Shown here: piece by piece, positions 49,153 through 62,123 of the stretch
Numbering within the stretch: position 1 is the first letter of the stretch
How the letters are laid out: each line of letters begins with the position of its first letter
NCBI GenBank assembly: GCA_030295235.1
Contig: AP026164.1
Coordinates: forward strand, 1,054,001 to 1,118,000
Reading direction: 5' to 3'
DNA length: 64,000 bases
Source of the DNA: Fistulifera solaris
Lineage: Eukaryota
Translations under genes and position numbers: made by a program
The notes under the pieces: generated by a model
Database searches by the model: none
The model's input: the letters and a program-made list of their open reading frames with translations, nothing else
What the model was told of the DNA's origin: nothing

Positions 49153-49675
49153 ATAATGGAAAGAGATAGAGAGTTATGAGCTCCACAATGAAAGAACAGG
49201 GTGTCGTAGGAATGGTTCGAGACCTTGGATGGAAGGAATCTGACTTTTGTTTTGCAACTGTAGCAACCGTCTTGTTCTTTGGTATCTCGCAACGGACGAG
49301 GATTTGCGAGACGATGGAATTTCGAGGTGCAAAATACAAAACTACATACCGCTTTGCATGCATGTGCACGGCGTCGCACGGGGAAAAAACGACGTCCGCG
49401 TCCACAAAACCGCGAATAAACTTTGGGACAAGAGAATGTCGTACAGCTAATCAAACTGACATGATGAGCTATATGGTCATTTAGTACTTATCGTGCTCTC
49501 GGATCGCTCTAACCTGAACCTGGTAACTGCCGAAATCTCAATCCCACACCCCAAAAAGGATGAAAATAAAGCGCGTTGCACGACACAACACAACTTATAA
49601 CTTATAACTGATCATCGCCTTGTTTCTATTGCTCTCATTATAGTTTGATAGCTAATATATTACTTTCATTCCAAA

Positions 49676-50458
49676 ATGAGTACCTACAGACGAGCTAAAA
49701 TTATTCTGCTGGGAGATTCTCTGACGCAAACATCCTTCGAAGGATGGGGCGGTCATTTGGCGAATGTCTATCAACGACGAGCGGATGTCATCAACCGGGG
49801 CTTTTCCGGTTACAACACGAATTTCTTTCTCCGCTTGCCCATGGAAGATTTTCCTTCTGATACTTCACTCGTTACCATCTTCTTTGGAGCCAATGATGCC
49901 TCGCTGAAGGATGAGAATCCGCATCATTATGTTTCGCTGGAAGATTACGCGCAGAATCTCAAGACGATCTTGGATCGCGTACGACAAACATACCCGCATT
50001 GTGGAAACAACATCTTGTTTATAACACCTCCTCCTGTCGTTCATGAGCAACGGTTTCAGTGGCAGAAGGAAAAGTATGGCGACAAGGCGACAGGTGTCTT
50101 AGAACGAACATTGGAGAATGCGGGCAAATACGCGGAGGCTTGCAAGAAGGTAGCTGCCGAAGTGGGCTTGCCATGCTTGGATTTGTACACGACAATGCAA
50201 TTAGAAAACGAATGGCAGCGCTTCTTTAACGATGGTTTGCATTTCTCGGCCGACGGACACAAATTTGTCGGTGATGCCTTGGTGAACGCCATTCAACAGC
50301 ACTTTCCGAGTTGGACCGTGCACCAAGATCCATTGACCGGGCAATGGGCCAACAGTGCTTCGTCGTGTGAAGGCTTATCCAGTGGTGGTCCTTTTCACGA
50401 TGAAATCGATCATTTGGAACCGGAGAAAGCATTTGCGAAGCACTTTGGGCAGGGCTGA
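49676..50458 (+). CDS. IAH1: SGNH/GDSL esterase, IAH1-like
   Basis: LLGDSLTQ, RRADVINRGFSGYNT, IFFGANDA, DGLHFS. Confidence 0.92.
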   Translation: MSTYRRAKIILLGDSLTQTSFEGWGGHLANVYQRRADVINRGFSGYNTNFFLRLPMEDFPSDTSLVTIFFGANDASLKDENPHHYVSLEDYAQNLKTILDRVRQTYPHCGNNILFITPPPVVHEQRFQWQKEKYGDKATGVLERTLENAGKYAEACKKVAAEVGLPCLDLYTTMQLENEWQRFFNDGLHFSADGHKFVGDALVNAIQQHFPSWTVHQDPLTGQWANSASSCEGLSSGGPFHDEIDHLEPEKAFAKHFGQG

Positions 50459-50784
50459 ACACAGCAATAACATGTTCTTTTGTCTGTTTATTTCAGCCAC
50501 ACAGAGACAGAGTGCAGCTCACTACTGTTCATAGTCTACCTATACAAGAATGTGATCTAAAGTGTCTAATGAGATTTTTCCAATTATCTGTCTTGGGACC
50601 ATATAAACTAGAACACGAATATAGTTCAGAGTCCATTGATGAATACGTCGCACATTCTTAATGGAGCACTGATCATTTCCATCTTATAGTAGACAGGTAA
50701 AGCTTTGCTTATTGGGACCTTATACTTGTAAGCTTATGAATACTCCGTTATTGTTTTCTGGCTTATAACCAATTAGTGTTGGGT

Positions 50785-51365
50785 GTTGGCTGATGACCGT
50801 TGTCTTTGTCGCTTCCGAGATCTGTTAAGTTTTCGAGATCAGAAAGATCATTGCAGATAGGAAGGACGAGCAACAAGTGCTGCTCACCACCCAGTCAACC
50901 TATGATTTTGGTATGAGAAGAAAAGGACATGCTGGAAAAGCTTTTTGGCTCTTACTGTGAGGCTCTTCCACATTTTGATAACTCGCGATTCCCTACCCTT
51001 CCCCTGCCTCAGTCATCTGCTCATGAGACGCCGCATACCATTACTGTAAATCACATCCCTTGACAAATGCTAGAATGATCCTTGATTCCGAAGAGGCCTA
51101 GGAACGATCAAGTAGCGTTGATGAGCCAGTGGCGGCTACTGCTACTTGCTCGTATGATCCTATGGCATACTACACGTAGATATGCCCCTCATCCTTGTCA
51201 TTCAATCCGGCGGCTACGCAGAAACTGTAAAGTGGAAAACCCCGTCGCGAATAAGGCATCTCACTGAGTAGCAAGGCGGCTTCTCCAACTTGTGCTGTAG
51301 ATTGGGTGAAGTGCTTCGGTGCCCTGAGATCTGCTCGGGTAGTTTGTTTGAGCATTTGACAAGCC
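50785..51365 (+). ncRNA. Candidate structured non-coding RNA (identity unknown)
   Basis: Multiple nested stems and a cUUCGg tetraloop in an ORF-poor interval; see findings. Confidence 0.35.
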
Positions 51366-52295
51366 GCGCCATCCTGACGAGCATAACCGAACGGGTGAGT
51401 TGGGTAGCGTTTGCTTGAATACTATAGTCGTATGAGAGTTCAGCTGTGCGAAATCGGCGTCTGCAAAATAACGGCAATGGACCCATCCCTGGAGAACATC
51501 GCTTTAGATACGACGCTGCTTGTAGAGCTGTCGAGCGGATTGGTGTCTACGGCGGTCCAAATTCGCGATGAGGTTAGAATAACGTATCCACTATCTCCTA
51601 CCAGCCTCGTAACTGTAGCCTAAAACAACTTTACGGCCTAAACCAAGGCACTATTGAGTTGGTAAGGGTCAAAGTCGGCGGCGACAAAAGCCACCGAGCA
51701 AACCAATCCTATTACTTTGTATACAAGGGATAAAACCTCTACCTGGTACCTGGTACTGAACAAATTTCCATGCGCGGTCTTCGTCAAAGGCTTTGCGTTA
51801 CTACGTTCTATTTTTTTTTTGCTTCGAAAATAAAGAAAGACTTCGTAATAGTTCCCTTCCAATGTCGCTGAAATGCACGAAAATGAAGGTGATAATGAGC
51901 AAAAAATCCTGTATTTTGGACCAAAAAAGCACGTTTTGAAAACACTGTCCCTGTAGCTCAAAAGCAGTACAGTAGAAAAAGTGTAATCGGAACGGTACTC
52001 GAGAGTCTGCGTATGTCGCAGTGAGCATTTGAAACGTCGCTGAGGATGCCCGGACAGACGGGACTCTTTTGATATTAATTTCATGACTCAAAGTTGACAA
52101 GGCTTTACAGTATCGATTACTGTGGTATTAACTTACACGGGACACGATGCACCCACAGTGTGTTTTACTCCGTATCATTTTATCACCATACCAGTAAGGT
52201 TACACTTTTCACACTCGTCTTCTTATCATGCTCCAAGGTGCGATAAAAAGTCGATCGAATTCAATTGAACGTTTATACGCTTCCAAAATCGAGAA

Positions 52296-53835
52296 ATGTC
52301 ACAAGTTGTCAAAGGGTCTATGGGACAACAACATGCCGCTGGTCAGGTGGAAGTGATGGAACTAACCGCTTCGAGTCAACAGCAGAGGCAAAAGCATGAA
52401 GCTGTGTTACTTGAATTGGCTGCCAAGAAGGTTGCCGCGACGGTGGATGTTCCTACGCTTCCGGATCAAGTTCGCGCTACCTTACGCCAGTTGGGATTGC
52501 CGGTTCGTTTGTTTGGTGAAAACTTGGCGAATGTGCGTGACCGGCTGCGAATGGAACTAGCGCGGAGACAAGTAGGCGCAGAAGAGATTTTGAAACAAGA
52601 GGAACAACTCAAAAGGGATCAATTAGAAGGAGAGGAGGAAGTTACAAAATACACTCGAGCTACGCCAGAGCTAATTGAAGCGAGACAGGCGATGACGGCG
52701 TTTTCCGTTGTTCGTGCCGCGAAACGACTGAATGCCGAGCGTGAACTCCGTTCCTTGGCGTTAATTCAAAGAAAGCGAAACAAATTTGTAAGCGACGAAG
52801 AGCAAAAACAGCACGCGGAAGACGAAAGTGTACTATCCCAGCTGGATGCAAAGTGTATAAAATTATGCAAGCAACTTCGACAAGCCGGCTTGTCTGGATC
52901 TCAATATGGAGACAGTCGTGCACTTTCGTCGATTTGCACGCAATTAGTGGCGGGTGTACCGCTGGTGGTGACGGCGAGTTGGTCCGCAGCAATACATCTC
53001 TGGGATGGGCGTTCCTCTGCCATGGAACCCTTGGGTCAAAAGACTTTGTGTCACGAAGATCGTATCATGGGTCTCAGCATGATGCCCCTCGATCACGACG
53101 AAGCGCTGATAGCGACAGCTTCAATTGATATGACTGGTAAATTGTGGAGAATCACAAAATCAGATGTAGTCATGAACGAAGATAATGAGGAAAGTGGGGA
53201 GCGCAGTGTCTTTAGTATCACCGAAGCTTCACATCTCACAGGTCATGCCGCTCGTCTGTGTAGAACGGCATTCCACCCAATGAAACGGCACGTGGCCACA
53301 ACAAGCTTTGATCATACGTGGAGGTTGTGGGATGTAGAGACTGGGAAGAATATCCTCCTTCAAGATGGTCATTGGAAGGAATGTTACGGAGTCGGATTCC
53401 ATCCTGACGGTAGTCTCTGTTCGACTTCGGACTTTGCGGGGATCGTTCACGTATGGGATCTTCGAACAGGGAAGTCAATCAAGCACTTTATGGGACATGC
53501 GAAACGGGTACTCAATACTGAGTTTCACCCAAACGGGTTCCAATTGGCCACATCTGGTGACGATGGCACTATCAAAATCTGGGATTTGCGCAAAGGAAGA
53601 TGATTACCAACATACCTGCACACTCCGATTTGATCACCAACACTCGTTTTAATTCAACAGGAGAATACATGGTGTCCTCCTCTTTCGATGGAACAGTTTG
53701 TCTTTGGGGGCGAGGGATTGGAAAATGCTAACCCGATTGCATGGCCATGATGGGAAAGTCAGTGGTGCTGATATACTAGAGGATCACTCTATTATATCGT
53801 GCGGTTTTGACAAGACGCTTAAATTATGGAGCTAA
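52296..53835 (+). CDS. PRPF4: U4/U6 snRNP protein Prp4 (WD40), apparent frameshifts near 53595 and 53710
   Basis: PRP4 domain VPT..DQVRATLRQLGLPVRLFGE...RDRLR, GHAARLCRTAFHP, TTSFDHTWRLWD, LLQDGH. Confidence 0.93.
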
Positions 53836-54281
53836 TTGATTAAAGAGAATTAGTCTGTCCGTGTGGGAAACACGCAACTTGTAATCTTCACACTTCCCAG
53901 TTTTTACTACGAACTGCAGCAAGAATGGGCACCTAAAGCATTCTGTTTTGTCACAATCATTCACGACAACAACATGGATGAAGCCGCAAACTTAGCTTGA
54001 AAGTTTTACTTTTGCTTGTTTTCTAGAAAGTAGGGAGTATTTAATCATACGGGGTAGAAAAATTACCATTACACACTTTTCCGGGACTGGAATATTGTTG
54101 ATTCACAAGAAAAGTTATCTACACTTCACACTATAAACCGTGTTCGACCGAGATTACAAAGAGCAGAATAGGGCGCTCATCGACAAGGTAACGGTAAGGT
54201 CGGCCTAACAGGATTGATGAAAGCGTTTATATCGCTTCATTCGTAAAGCCCTATTATAATGATTACGATTGAACTTTCAAA

Positions 54282-55959
54282 ATGGAGTCCGCATCAACGG
54301 TACACGCACATCCACAAGCAAGGGAGCTTGGGAGCACGGTAATGCTGCGTGGTAGAGAAAAGCGTCGCCACCTTGCAGCTTCAGCAATCGACTTGCGAGA
54401 CCCATTTGAACTTATTTCACTTGCTGTTCGTTTTGATGAAAGCACTGAAAACGAGTCTCTTTTAAGGACGCCGCTGGAGAGAGGAAGCTTTTACGATACG
54501 CAGCAATTTGTTGAAGTTCTCGAGTTCTTGCGAGAGCAAACAAAGCCCCATTCAAAAAAGCACACAACAATCACCATTTCTCGAAAAGAATCAGTTTCTT
54601 GCAGTAGCGCCGATAATATTGTCGGGTGTGTTATCCACTATTCAGTGTCAGCGCGAGTTGTCTGATAAGTGTCCTTATTCTATGAGTCTTTCATCGGAGC
54701 TTGTCACGGCGTGCCAAACCATGCGGCACGCAGCGCTATCAAGACTGCGTACAAAAAAAACAAAGAGGACGTACGCAGCGAGTGATTATCCCCTTTTTCT
54801 GTGTTACTGTTCTCATCACTATTTACGTGGGAAGTTTGCTAGAATTGAAAGAGCTCGTATCAAAATTGGGTTTTGTTGATTCGTGCAAGGAGGCCGGGCT
54901 TCACGCTGATAATGCTACGAACGAATACTATGATAAAATTTGTCGCATCTCCGACGCATTTCTTTGGGATCAGTACAAGGCATACTCGTTGAAACTTGAC
55001 GGGTCGTGTTCTATCGGGGAGGGTCTATGCAATCACAACATTTTACGCGACCGTTATAGAGAAGCTCCATTTTCGATGCACGCCTCCCTTTCACGGGAAT
55101 TGATTACGTTGGAAGAGATCGAATCGAGTTCTTTTCAGAATTTATTGCAGGTTTAAGTAAAAGGACCAGGACAAAAGAAAAACTAGACATTTCGTGGTTG
55201 GGTGACACAAACGTAAACAGAGCGCTGGTTAAAGCACTTCGAGAATATTTACCTTCTAATACACATCTCTCTGTTCTGGATGTCGGTTGTGGTGTCGGTG
55301 GTACTCTGTATCCTCTCCTTTCCACTTATGCATCAACTGCTGAAACGAACAGAATCTTTCGCTATTACGGAATATCTTTGAGTGAGGCAGAAATCCATTT
55401 CGCACGGCGCTTAGCCTCATACCATGACGTTCCCGCCGATGTGGCAGTTTTTGAGCAAAAAAACTTTGACGCTCCTTTGCCCCTTGCTACTTTCACGGCA
55501 GTTCTGGCTGTTGAATCCCTCTCGTACAGTCCGGATATCGAAGCAACGCTGTCAAATTTGCTTAAGTCAGTACAAATTAGGGGACTTGTGATTATTGTTG
55601 ATAAGGTTATTGCTGCAAAACCACAACAGTCATCAGCGGGTGCTGATCCGCAGTTTCAAGCCTCGTCTTTCTCGCATACTCAATGGATGACAGCGATTAA
55701 CTATGTGGGGTGTAGGCTCGAGCTCGCCCGCGACCTTAGCTTAGAATACGAAGTATTGTCGAACGAGCGTTTTGATCCGTTTCCTGTATATTGGCACTAC
55801 CGGATTCCGTTCTTGTGGGCATCAAAGGGCTCAGTAGGTCGCCGTGTTGTGGAGTTGACAAAGGATCTTGTTGATGTGGTTAGAGAAAAGGCACGGAGAC
55901 GTGAAGCTTTTCGGACGGGTGATGCAACATACAATATGTACATTTGCCGCAAGTTGTAA
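54282..55959 (+). CDS. Class I SAM-dependent methyltransferase domain protein, fragmented 5' part
   Basis: VLDVGCGVGG, YGISLSEAEI, AVESLSY in 55198-55959; upstream overlapping ORFs are probably the same gene. Confidence 0.7.
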
Positions 55960-56658
55960 TTCAAAGGAGAACTTATTGATTGCTTTGGAGTGACCCTTGC
56001 GACGAACTAGGTGGTCAGCTTTTCAGCGGCAGAAGTATGTTGTGATAACATACCGCGCCGTTCCGGCTCTCTGAGTTACAAAAACTTAGAGCTTGGAACA
56101 AGGTGGCGCCGCCACAAAGTTTGGTGTCGACGCGCACTTACCAAATAGCCTCTTAAAGCGGCAAAATGATGATAGCATTTCAGGTGCGGCGAGAGCTTGA
56201 AGGACGAACAAGGTTATGACGTGGTGTTACTTGAAAGTTCTGGTGTTTTATTTCGGGAATTACTTTGTAAATTTTAACCCAATTGCTCATGACAACTCTA
56301 ATAAGGCCTTTTGAGAAATAACTGGACATTGGTTCATATTCACCCGTGCAAGCGATAGCATATTGACGGTTCAGTCGCATCTGGCTAAAGCATGCATTGC
56401 TTACAAAGACCTAAATTGTTAGAGGGGTGACAGAAATTCAGTCGTGAAGAAGATGTCCACATTTTATGGCCACAGTGAAATTTCCGCCTCACGAAAACGT
56501 CACGAACACTAACATGGCTTCATCGTAAATGAATGAGACGAAGCAAAGATCATCAAAGATGTTGAATATAAAGTAATGTTACTCTTTGTTGACTTCACGA
56601 ATCGCTTTGTTACGTATTAAGTGTGTTTTGGAAAGAATCGTTTAGTGACGGATTCACC

Positions 56659-57818
56659 ATGGTGTACAAGGCATTTCTTTGTCGAGGGGCACTGCTTCTG
56701 TTTACCTTTTCGGGCGTGAAATCGCAATTTTTCGATCCCCCCACTCTTGGAAAAACATCGAATAATTATTTTGGATCTAAAACTTCCTTTGCAGTCAAAC
56801 CCCAGCCCTCGCAGCAACAATCACATCCAAGGTACGGAAAACCTGCCGCCACGGAACAAGTTGGCGATCAAGAAACGAGGGATATGATCAACTCTTTTTT
56901 GGCTAGAGAATCGAGAAATTCGTTTATTGGTAAGGTTTTGTGCTCCAATCTGTGATGCTTTTTCCAACTCACAATTGTGTGTATCATGTCAAGCTAAGGT
57001 ATACGGGATATTGGCAGCTCAACTCATTTTCACGGCTTTGTCGGTTACGGTTTTCGGAATATATCCAGCGATAAAGCAATGGATTCTCGGTTCCGGAATG
57101 GGCATCTACGCCCCGTTGGTATGCGCACTAATCTCTCTCTGCACTGTACTGGTCATGACCTTCAGCACCCATGCAAGACGGTCCTCGCCGCTGAAATATT
57201 ACCTTCTTGCTCTCTTCACGTTTGGAGAAGCAATAAGCGTCGGTTTTGTGACAAGTTTTTATAGATTTCGTTCGGTTGTAACGGCAATGCTTGCAACGGC
57301 GCTTGCGACAACTGCTATTTCTGTCTACACTGTTAGACAAAAGAATCCAAAATATGATCTGACACAATGGGGGCGGCTTTGTCATCGTAAGTATCACGGC
57401 TCTGTTCGGTTCTGCAGTGCGCCTTGTTCTTTTACTCAAACATCCTTCAAAGTTGCGGTTTGGTATTTGTTACTCTTTCTTTTGTCCAACTGTTGCAGAG
57501 TTTTGCCCCTATTCCTACTATTATCCCGTTTAATGATTCCCTGTTTGCTTTTTTTAGGAGCGTGCATGTTTTCATTCTACCTTGCACATGACACCCGCCT
57601 AATCATTGCCGGAAAGCATAGCAAGTATCGGATGAATAAAGAGGACTATGTTTTTGGTGCTCGTAAGTGACCAAACGTTTTATGGCACTATTTATCATTT
57701 GTGTATTTCTTCCTCAACTCACAATATTTATGTCTTGACAGTGACTCTGTACATGGATATCGTATCCTTATTCTTGCAACTCCTGGACCTTCTCGCGGAT
57801 AAAGACAACAAAAAGTGA
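56659..57818 (+). CDS. Bax inhibitor-1 / LFG (TMBIM) family membrane protein, 3 probable introns
   Basis: RNSFI.KVYGILAAQL, LLALFTFGEA, YLAHDTRLI..GKH....EDYVFGA.TLYMDIV.LFL. Confidence 0.88.
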
Positions 57819-58599
57819 CCAAGAAGATGTCATCATTGATACGATTTGACGCTCAAGTAAGGAAGCTGTATGGAGGTTACGGAGTATTTATTAGGATTGG
57901 GGTTCGTCCTGCTTCTGCTCATCTTTTTTTTACTCCTTATTTTTTGTGAGTAACTTTAACCGGATGCTTGCACAGTACGAGTACGAGGCAGTGCAAGATT
58001 TGGTTCCGATTACGGAAACGGCGTTAAAATTCTGCCTCGTCGTTGATGCTACGTAGAATCTTGTACTTGTACATGAGGCAGAATTTTAACGTCCTCTCCC
58101 GATACGGTATTGGTGTTGTAGGTGTGATGTCCAAACTAAAGTATACCAGGTAGTGCGGCGAGCGGCGTTTGCGATTGCGTCTCTAGGTACAGCTTTACGC
58201 AGTGTGATAAAGCTCGTTCAGTGTCTCATGACTCCGTCCCGGAGTCCTTGTATAAGGTTCTATAAAGTTGAAAGTGGAGCTTAACGCTTTGCTATAAATT
58301 TCGTTTAAATGAAAATTGTCTTCGTTGTATCGTCTCTACTAATTTGCATCTTCATAATTTCTTCATTCCCAGTCCATTTTTTCAGCGTTGTCCACGCGAA
58401 ATGGTGCAATAAATCCAAAAACTCCGGTGGCCCCGCACCTCGCCTTGCAAAGCTTCGATGTCGAAAAAACCGGCATTAGCAAGACGAAAAAGGAGCAAGT
58501 AGATGGTCAAGGCACCACATTTCCCATGACAAAAGCAACAGTTTTACCAATCTTACGGTGTAACTGCGTCCTCATTGTCTTTGCTCGCGAATAGTACAA

Positions 58600-60179
58600 T
58601 TGCAGATGAATTTTTCGAGCGGAGGGAGGGGAGAGCAAGGAGGAAGAGGTCCTATTCCGAGGCTATCATCTGGCGAACAGTCTTCCCCGGAGGAGTCGTC
58701 TCCCAACAAAGCCATCAAGCCAAAATTCACGAGAGACAGTAGAATCAGTCCTTCTAAATCGTTTCAGAAGAGGATATCACAAAAGAGGGCGAGCCCATCG
58801 GCACAAAGTTTCGAAGCGATGAAGCTATCTCTTCTTCTTCCTCGAAAGAAGATGTACTTGAAAACGACACGAAGCCCCTTTTTTCATCTCAGTTAAGAAA
58901 AGCTTCCATTGGATCAAAGTCTGATGTTTCGCGTAATTTTGCGACTTTTGATGAAAAGGATTTACGGTTTGCTGGTCCTAGATCAAAAGACTTTTCGCCC
59001 GACCATGATATAATTTCAGTGTCACGGTCCACTCGAACAAGCGAAGATACGAAAATAACTAACTATCGATTTGCTGCCACACAAAGACGAACGCGCTCGC
59101 TGGATGGAACAGCCATTGACGAGATTTTCAGTCATGAGATTCTGTCTACAATGGCAAGAAGGACAAAAAGTGAAGACGAGGTTGTCGATAACGCACGACG
59201 ACCCGTGAGAAGTACTGGGGGGAGACGGTCATCGAAAGGTGAGAGCCCAGAAAGAAGAATACCGTCAAGATCATTTCGAACTTTGGTTCGGCGAGATCTT
59301 GTGTCTTCTAATGATTTTGTGAAGGAGCGAGAGCGTTTTGGTGGTTCCGATAGAACAAATGATGAGGAAGGCCGTCGATCAAGTTTTTCGAGTCCAGCAC
59401 GAAGTACAACAGGTAACTCAGTCGCAAAAATGCTTCGCAGTTCCAGCACTGGTGAGTTTTCCAATGGTTCGCTAATTGGTGGAGACGTTGCTTCGATCGG
59501 TTTGAACCAGGGGGGAGAACGCGATGTGCCTCTAGTTGACACTATTCCTAGTGCTTTGCGGACTCCGGAGAAAAGATATCGACGACAGCGTGTTGCATTA
59601 CCAGCGTTTCTGTTCGATCCAATTTCTAGCGACAAATCGCCTGGAACTAAAACTCCTTTTGCGACAAAGTTAATGGAGAGTACAAGCTCGGACTCGAGTG
59701 AGCAACGTCTCGCACGAAACAATGAAGGAGTCGATGTTCGCTTTCAAGCAAATTTGCCTTCGTGCCCATCGGTTTCAACTTTTCTTGCTGATTCATGCGT
59801 GGTCTTATTTGACGGGGCACCTAACTTGCCGCAGAGAACTGTTGATTGCGAGGATGATCTTGAGGCTGCTGAGCTGGAGCTTCCGAGGGTAGACGAATCA
59901 GGACCTAAGTCGGATGCGCCATTGCTCTTCATATCGTTTTTCTCGAACGAAGAAAACGATGAAAGGAGTTCAATCACTATCGAATCTTTGGATGATGACA
60001 ATAAATCGGTCAGCTCTTACTGTCCCTCAATTGCAGACTGCATTTCGACTGGTAACTCAATGGCTGACGAAGCGCCAAAAATGCCTGGACGCGGGGTTTC
60101 GCAGCTTAGCATGGAAAGTGGAAATGCATTAGGTGCGATGGACGACGATAAGTCCGCTCATGAGTCGCACCCCGAATAA
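58600..60179 (+). CDS. Hypothetical S/R-rich disordered protein
   Basis: ORFs 58600-58896 and 59019-60179 with similar composition; probable indel between them. Confidence 0.55.
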
Positions 60180-60322
60180 AGAGTTTTGGATTTAAAATGA
60201 AAACTAAGCGAGCTATGTACTGTCCTTTTTGTCCGATCGCTTTGTGAAACAATATCTTTGTATCTTTTATGTTCCCATGTATCATAAAGACGGATGGTCT
60301 ATGCTCCAAGAAAGCAACAACG

Positions 60323-60931
60323 TTACCAGTTGTATTGCCATTTACTTGTATCTCCGCCGAGACGTTGCTGTATGTGTGACGCAGATTCTGTCGCTTCGAC
60401 TCGCGTCAATGAATCCTTGTGCAATCTATCCTGGTCTTTGACAGCTTGTAGAACCGAATGAATATTTGTTTCTAGCACCATACCACCCATCACAATTTCA
60501 TCTAACACATAGTGAACCTGTAAGGAGATAAAAAGTTAGGAGATTTCAATAAATACGCCGAAGGACAAATCCCTGTCACGTACTCTGTCGGAATGAAAAA
60601 TCAAATCAAGCTCGCAAACTGACTCGAAGCACCGATCTAAGGACTCCACAAAGACTTGAATAAGGTCCAAAATTCCTAGGTCGGACTCTTGACTATCAAC
60701 GGCAAACACAAAGAAGAGTGTTGCGTAATGGCGGTATATCAATTTGATATTGTCTCCCCATTCAGGAATGGCTCCTTCCAAGTAATTGCAAAATGAATCT
60801 GGTCTTGCAGCGACTTGTTGAAAGACTCTACGAATGACGTTCTGTTGTAAAGATTCAGACTCGACTGACTGGTAAAACTTTACAAGGCGAGGCTTGCCAT
60901 GATTGTTGACTATTATTATTCCCTTGATCAT
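60323..60931 (-). CDS. AP3S: AP-3 adaptor complex sigma subunit (intron 60518-60583)
   Basis: MIKGIIIVNNHGKPRLVKFY, YRHYATLFFVF, LGILDLIQVFVE.LD.CF..VCELDLIFH, EIVMGGMVLETN. Confidence 0.93.
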
Positions 60932-62123
60932 GGCGTCGTCGCTCACTTGTCTCTTTATTACACTTGAGCGGCTTTTATTCACTCAGTATTGTAATTTCGC
61001 AACAACAAAAAGTTTACGAAATATCAAAGGAGTCGCTTTGCTCTGAATTCCAAGAAAGATTGAGTAAGAGATCGTTAATTCCGATCAAAAGGTTTCTTAG
61101 TTGCACGAAAATGAACGTGAAAAGCGATGGGCAACTAATTGGCACAAGTATTTTTAGCCGAAAAACACGGTTAGTTGTAGCAACAAAACAAGTGTGAGCT
61201 TCCAGTACTAAAGGGTATTTCGGAACGGTACTCCAAACTAATTCTTTGTCGCAGTGTGTTTTCCAATGTCGCATAGGATACACGGACACATTGCTTGACA
61301 GATTGAACTCTTGTTGAGACACTCGTGATTCAATGATGAGAAAGCTTTACAGTGAGTGAAGAAAATTCTAGACGCTTTTCCTTGAACGAAACAAATAGGA
61401 AGAAAAAAACGCATCGAACCAACACCATTTTATCCAGGGACGCACATTATCTTGAGATACACAAGCACAAAGTCTTAGGTACAAACTTACCAATCACTTA
61501 ACTGAATACAAAGTAGCAGTGGTGGCGAAACGGAGCTTACAGTTTGTAACTAACGAACCGTAAGGTTTACCGTCGAATTTAGTAATGAAAATTAGTGTAT
61601 TGTATTAGCTATCAACTCCTGATGATGAAACGTAGTGAGCACGAACCCATATTCTGGCTTGCGGAAACTAGCTGCTTCATGGCTCAAATGGCAGTCGCGG
61701 CCAAAAGCGGCTGGCCATTTGGGTCTACAATGGGAGACGGGAGACTAGGGTTAATATTGTTTTTGCAGAGAGAAATTTTCAGAAACTTTGTCTTACAAGG
61801 TCCTGTGCTTTTCTCGGTGCCTACTTAGCCTAAAACTAAACAATCTTTTAAGAGAAAAAAATCACTTATCTCGTTGCGTCTTTGTGCTCGTAGGTAGCTC
61901 ATCTTCGTACATCTCTATGGTCGTTGATAACGCATGTGTTACATCTCTAGCTCCGCCGCAGATCGAATCAAATCAATGCTCGAACGAACATCTTGGCTGT
62001 TTTCTCTCAATAAGAGACGATAATGTGGTGGGAAAGGGAAATGGACGATGAGCGTTCATGGTCGACGAGCGCTGTCTTTGTCATGCGAGACAGTCCTTAT
62101 CCAATGGATGCTTTGTAAAACAT

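Noticed and set aside
51304..51400. TPP riboswitch (GGGTG...CTGAGA)
   Set aside because: The P2 3' strand and the CCTGAT...TAAT...GCG.AGG half do not match convincingly, and no thiamine gene is adjacent
4375..53835. CDC20, TAF6, PRPF4 and ketopantoate reductase as pseudogenes
   Set aside because: Motifs are intact on both sides of single homopolymer indels and no in-frame nonsense decay is seen; sequencing error is more likely
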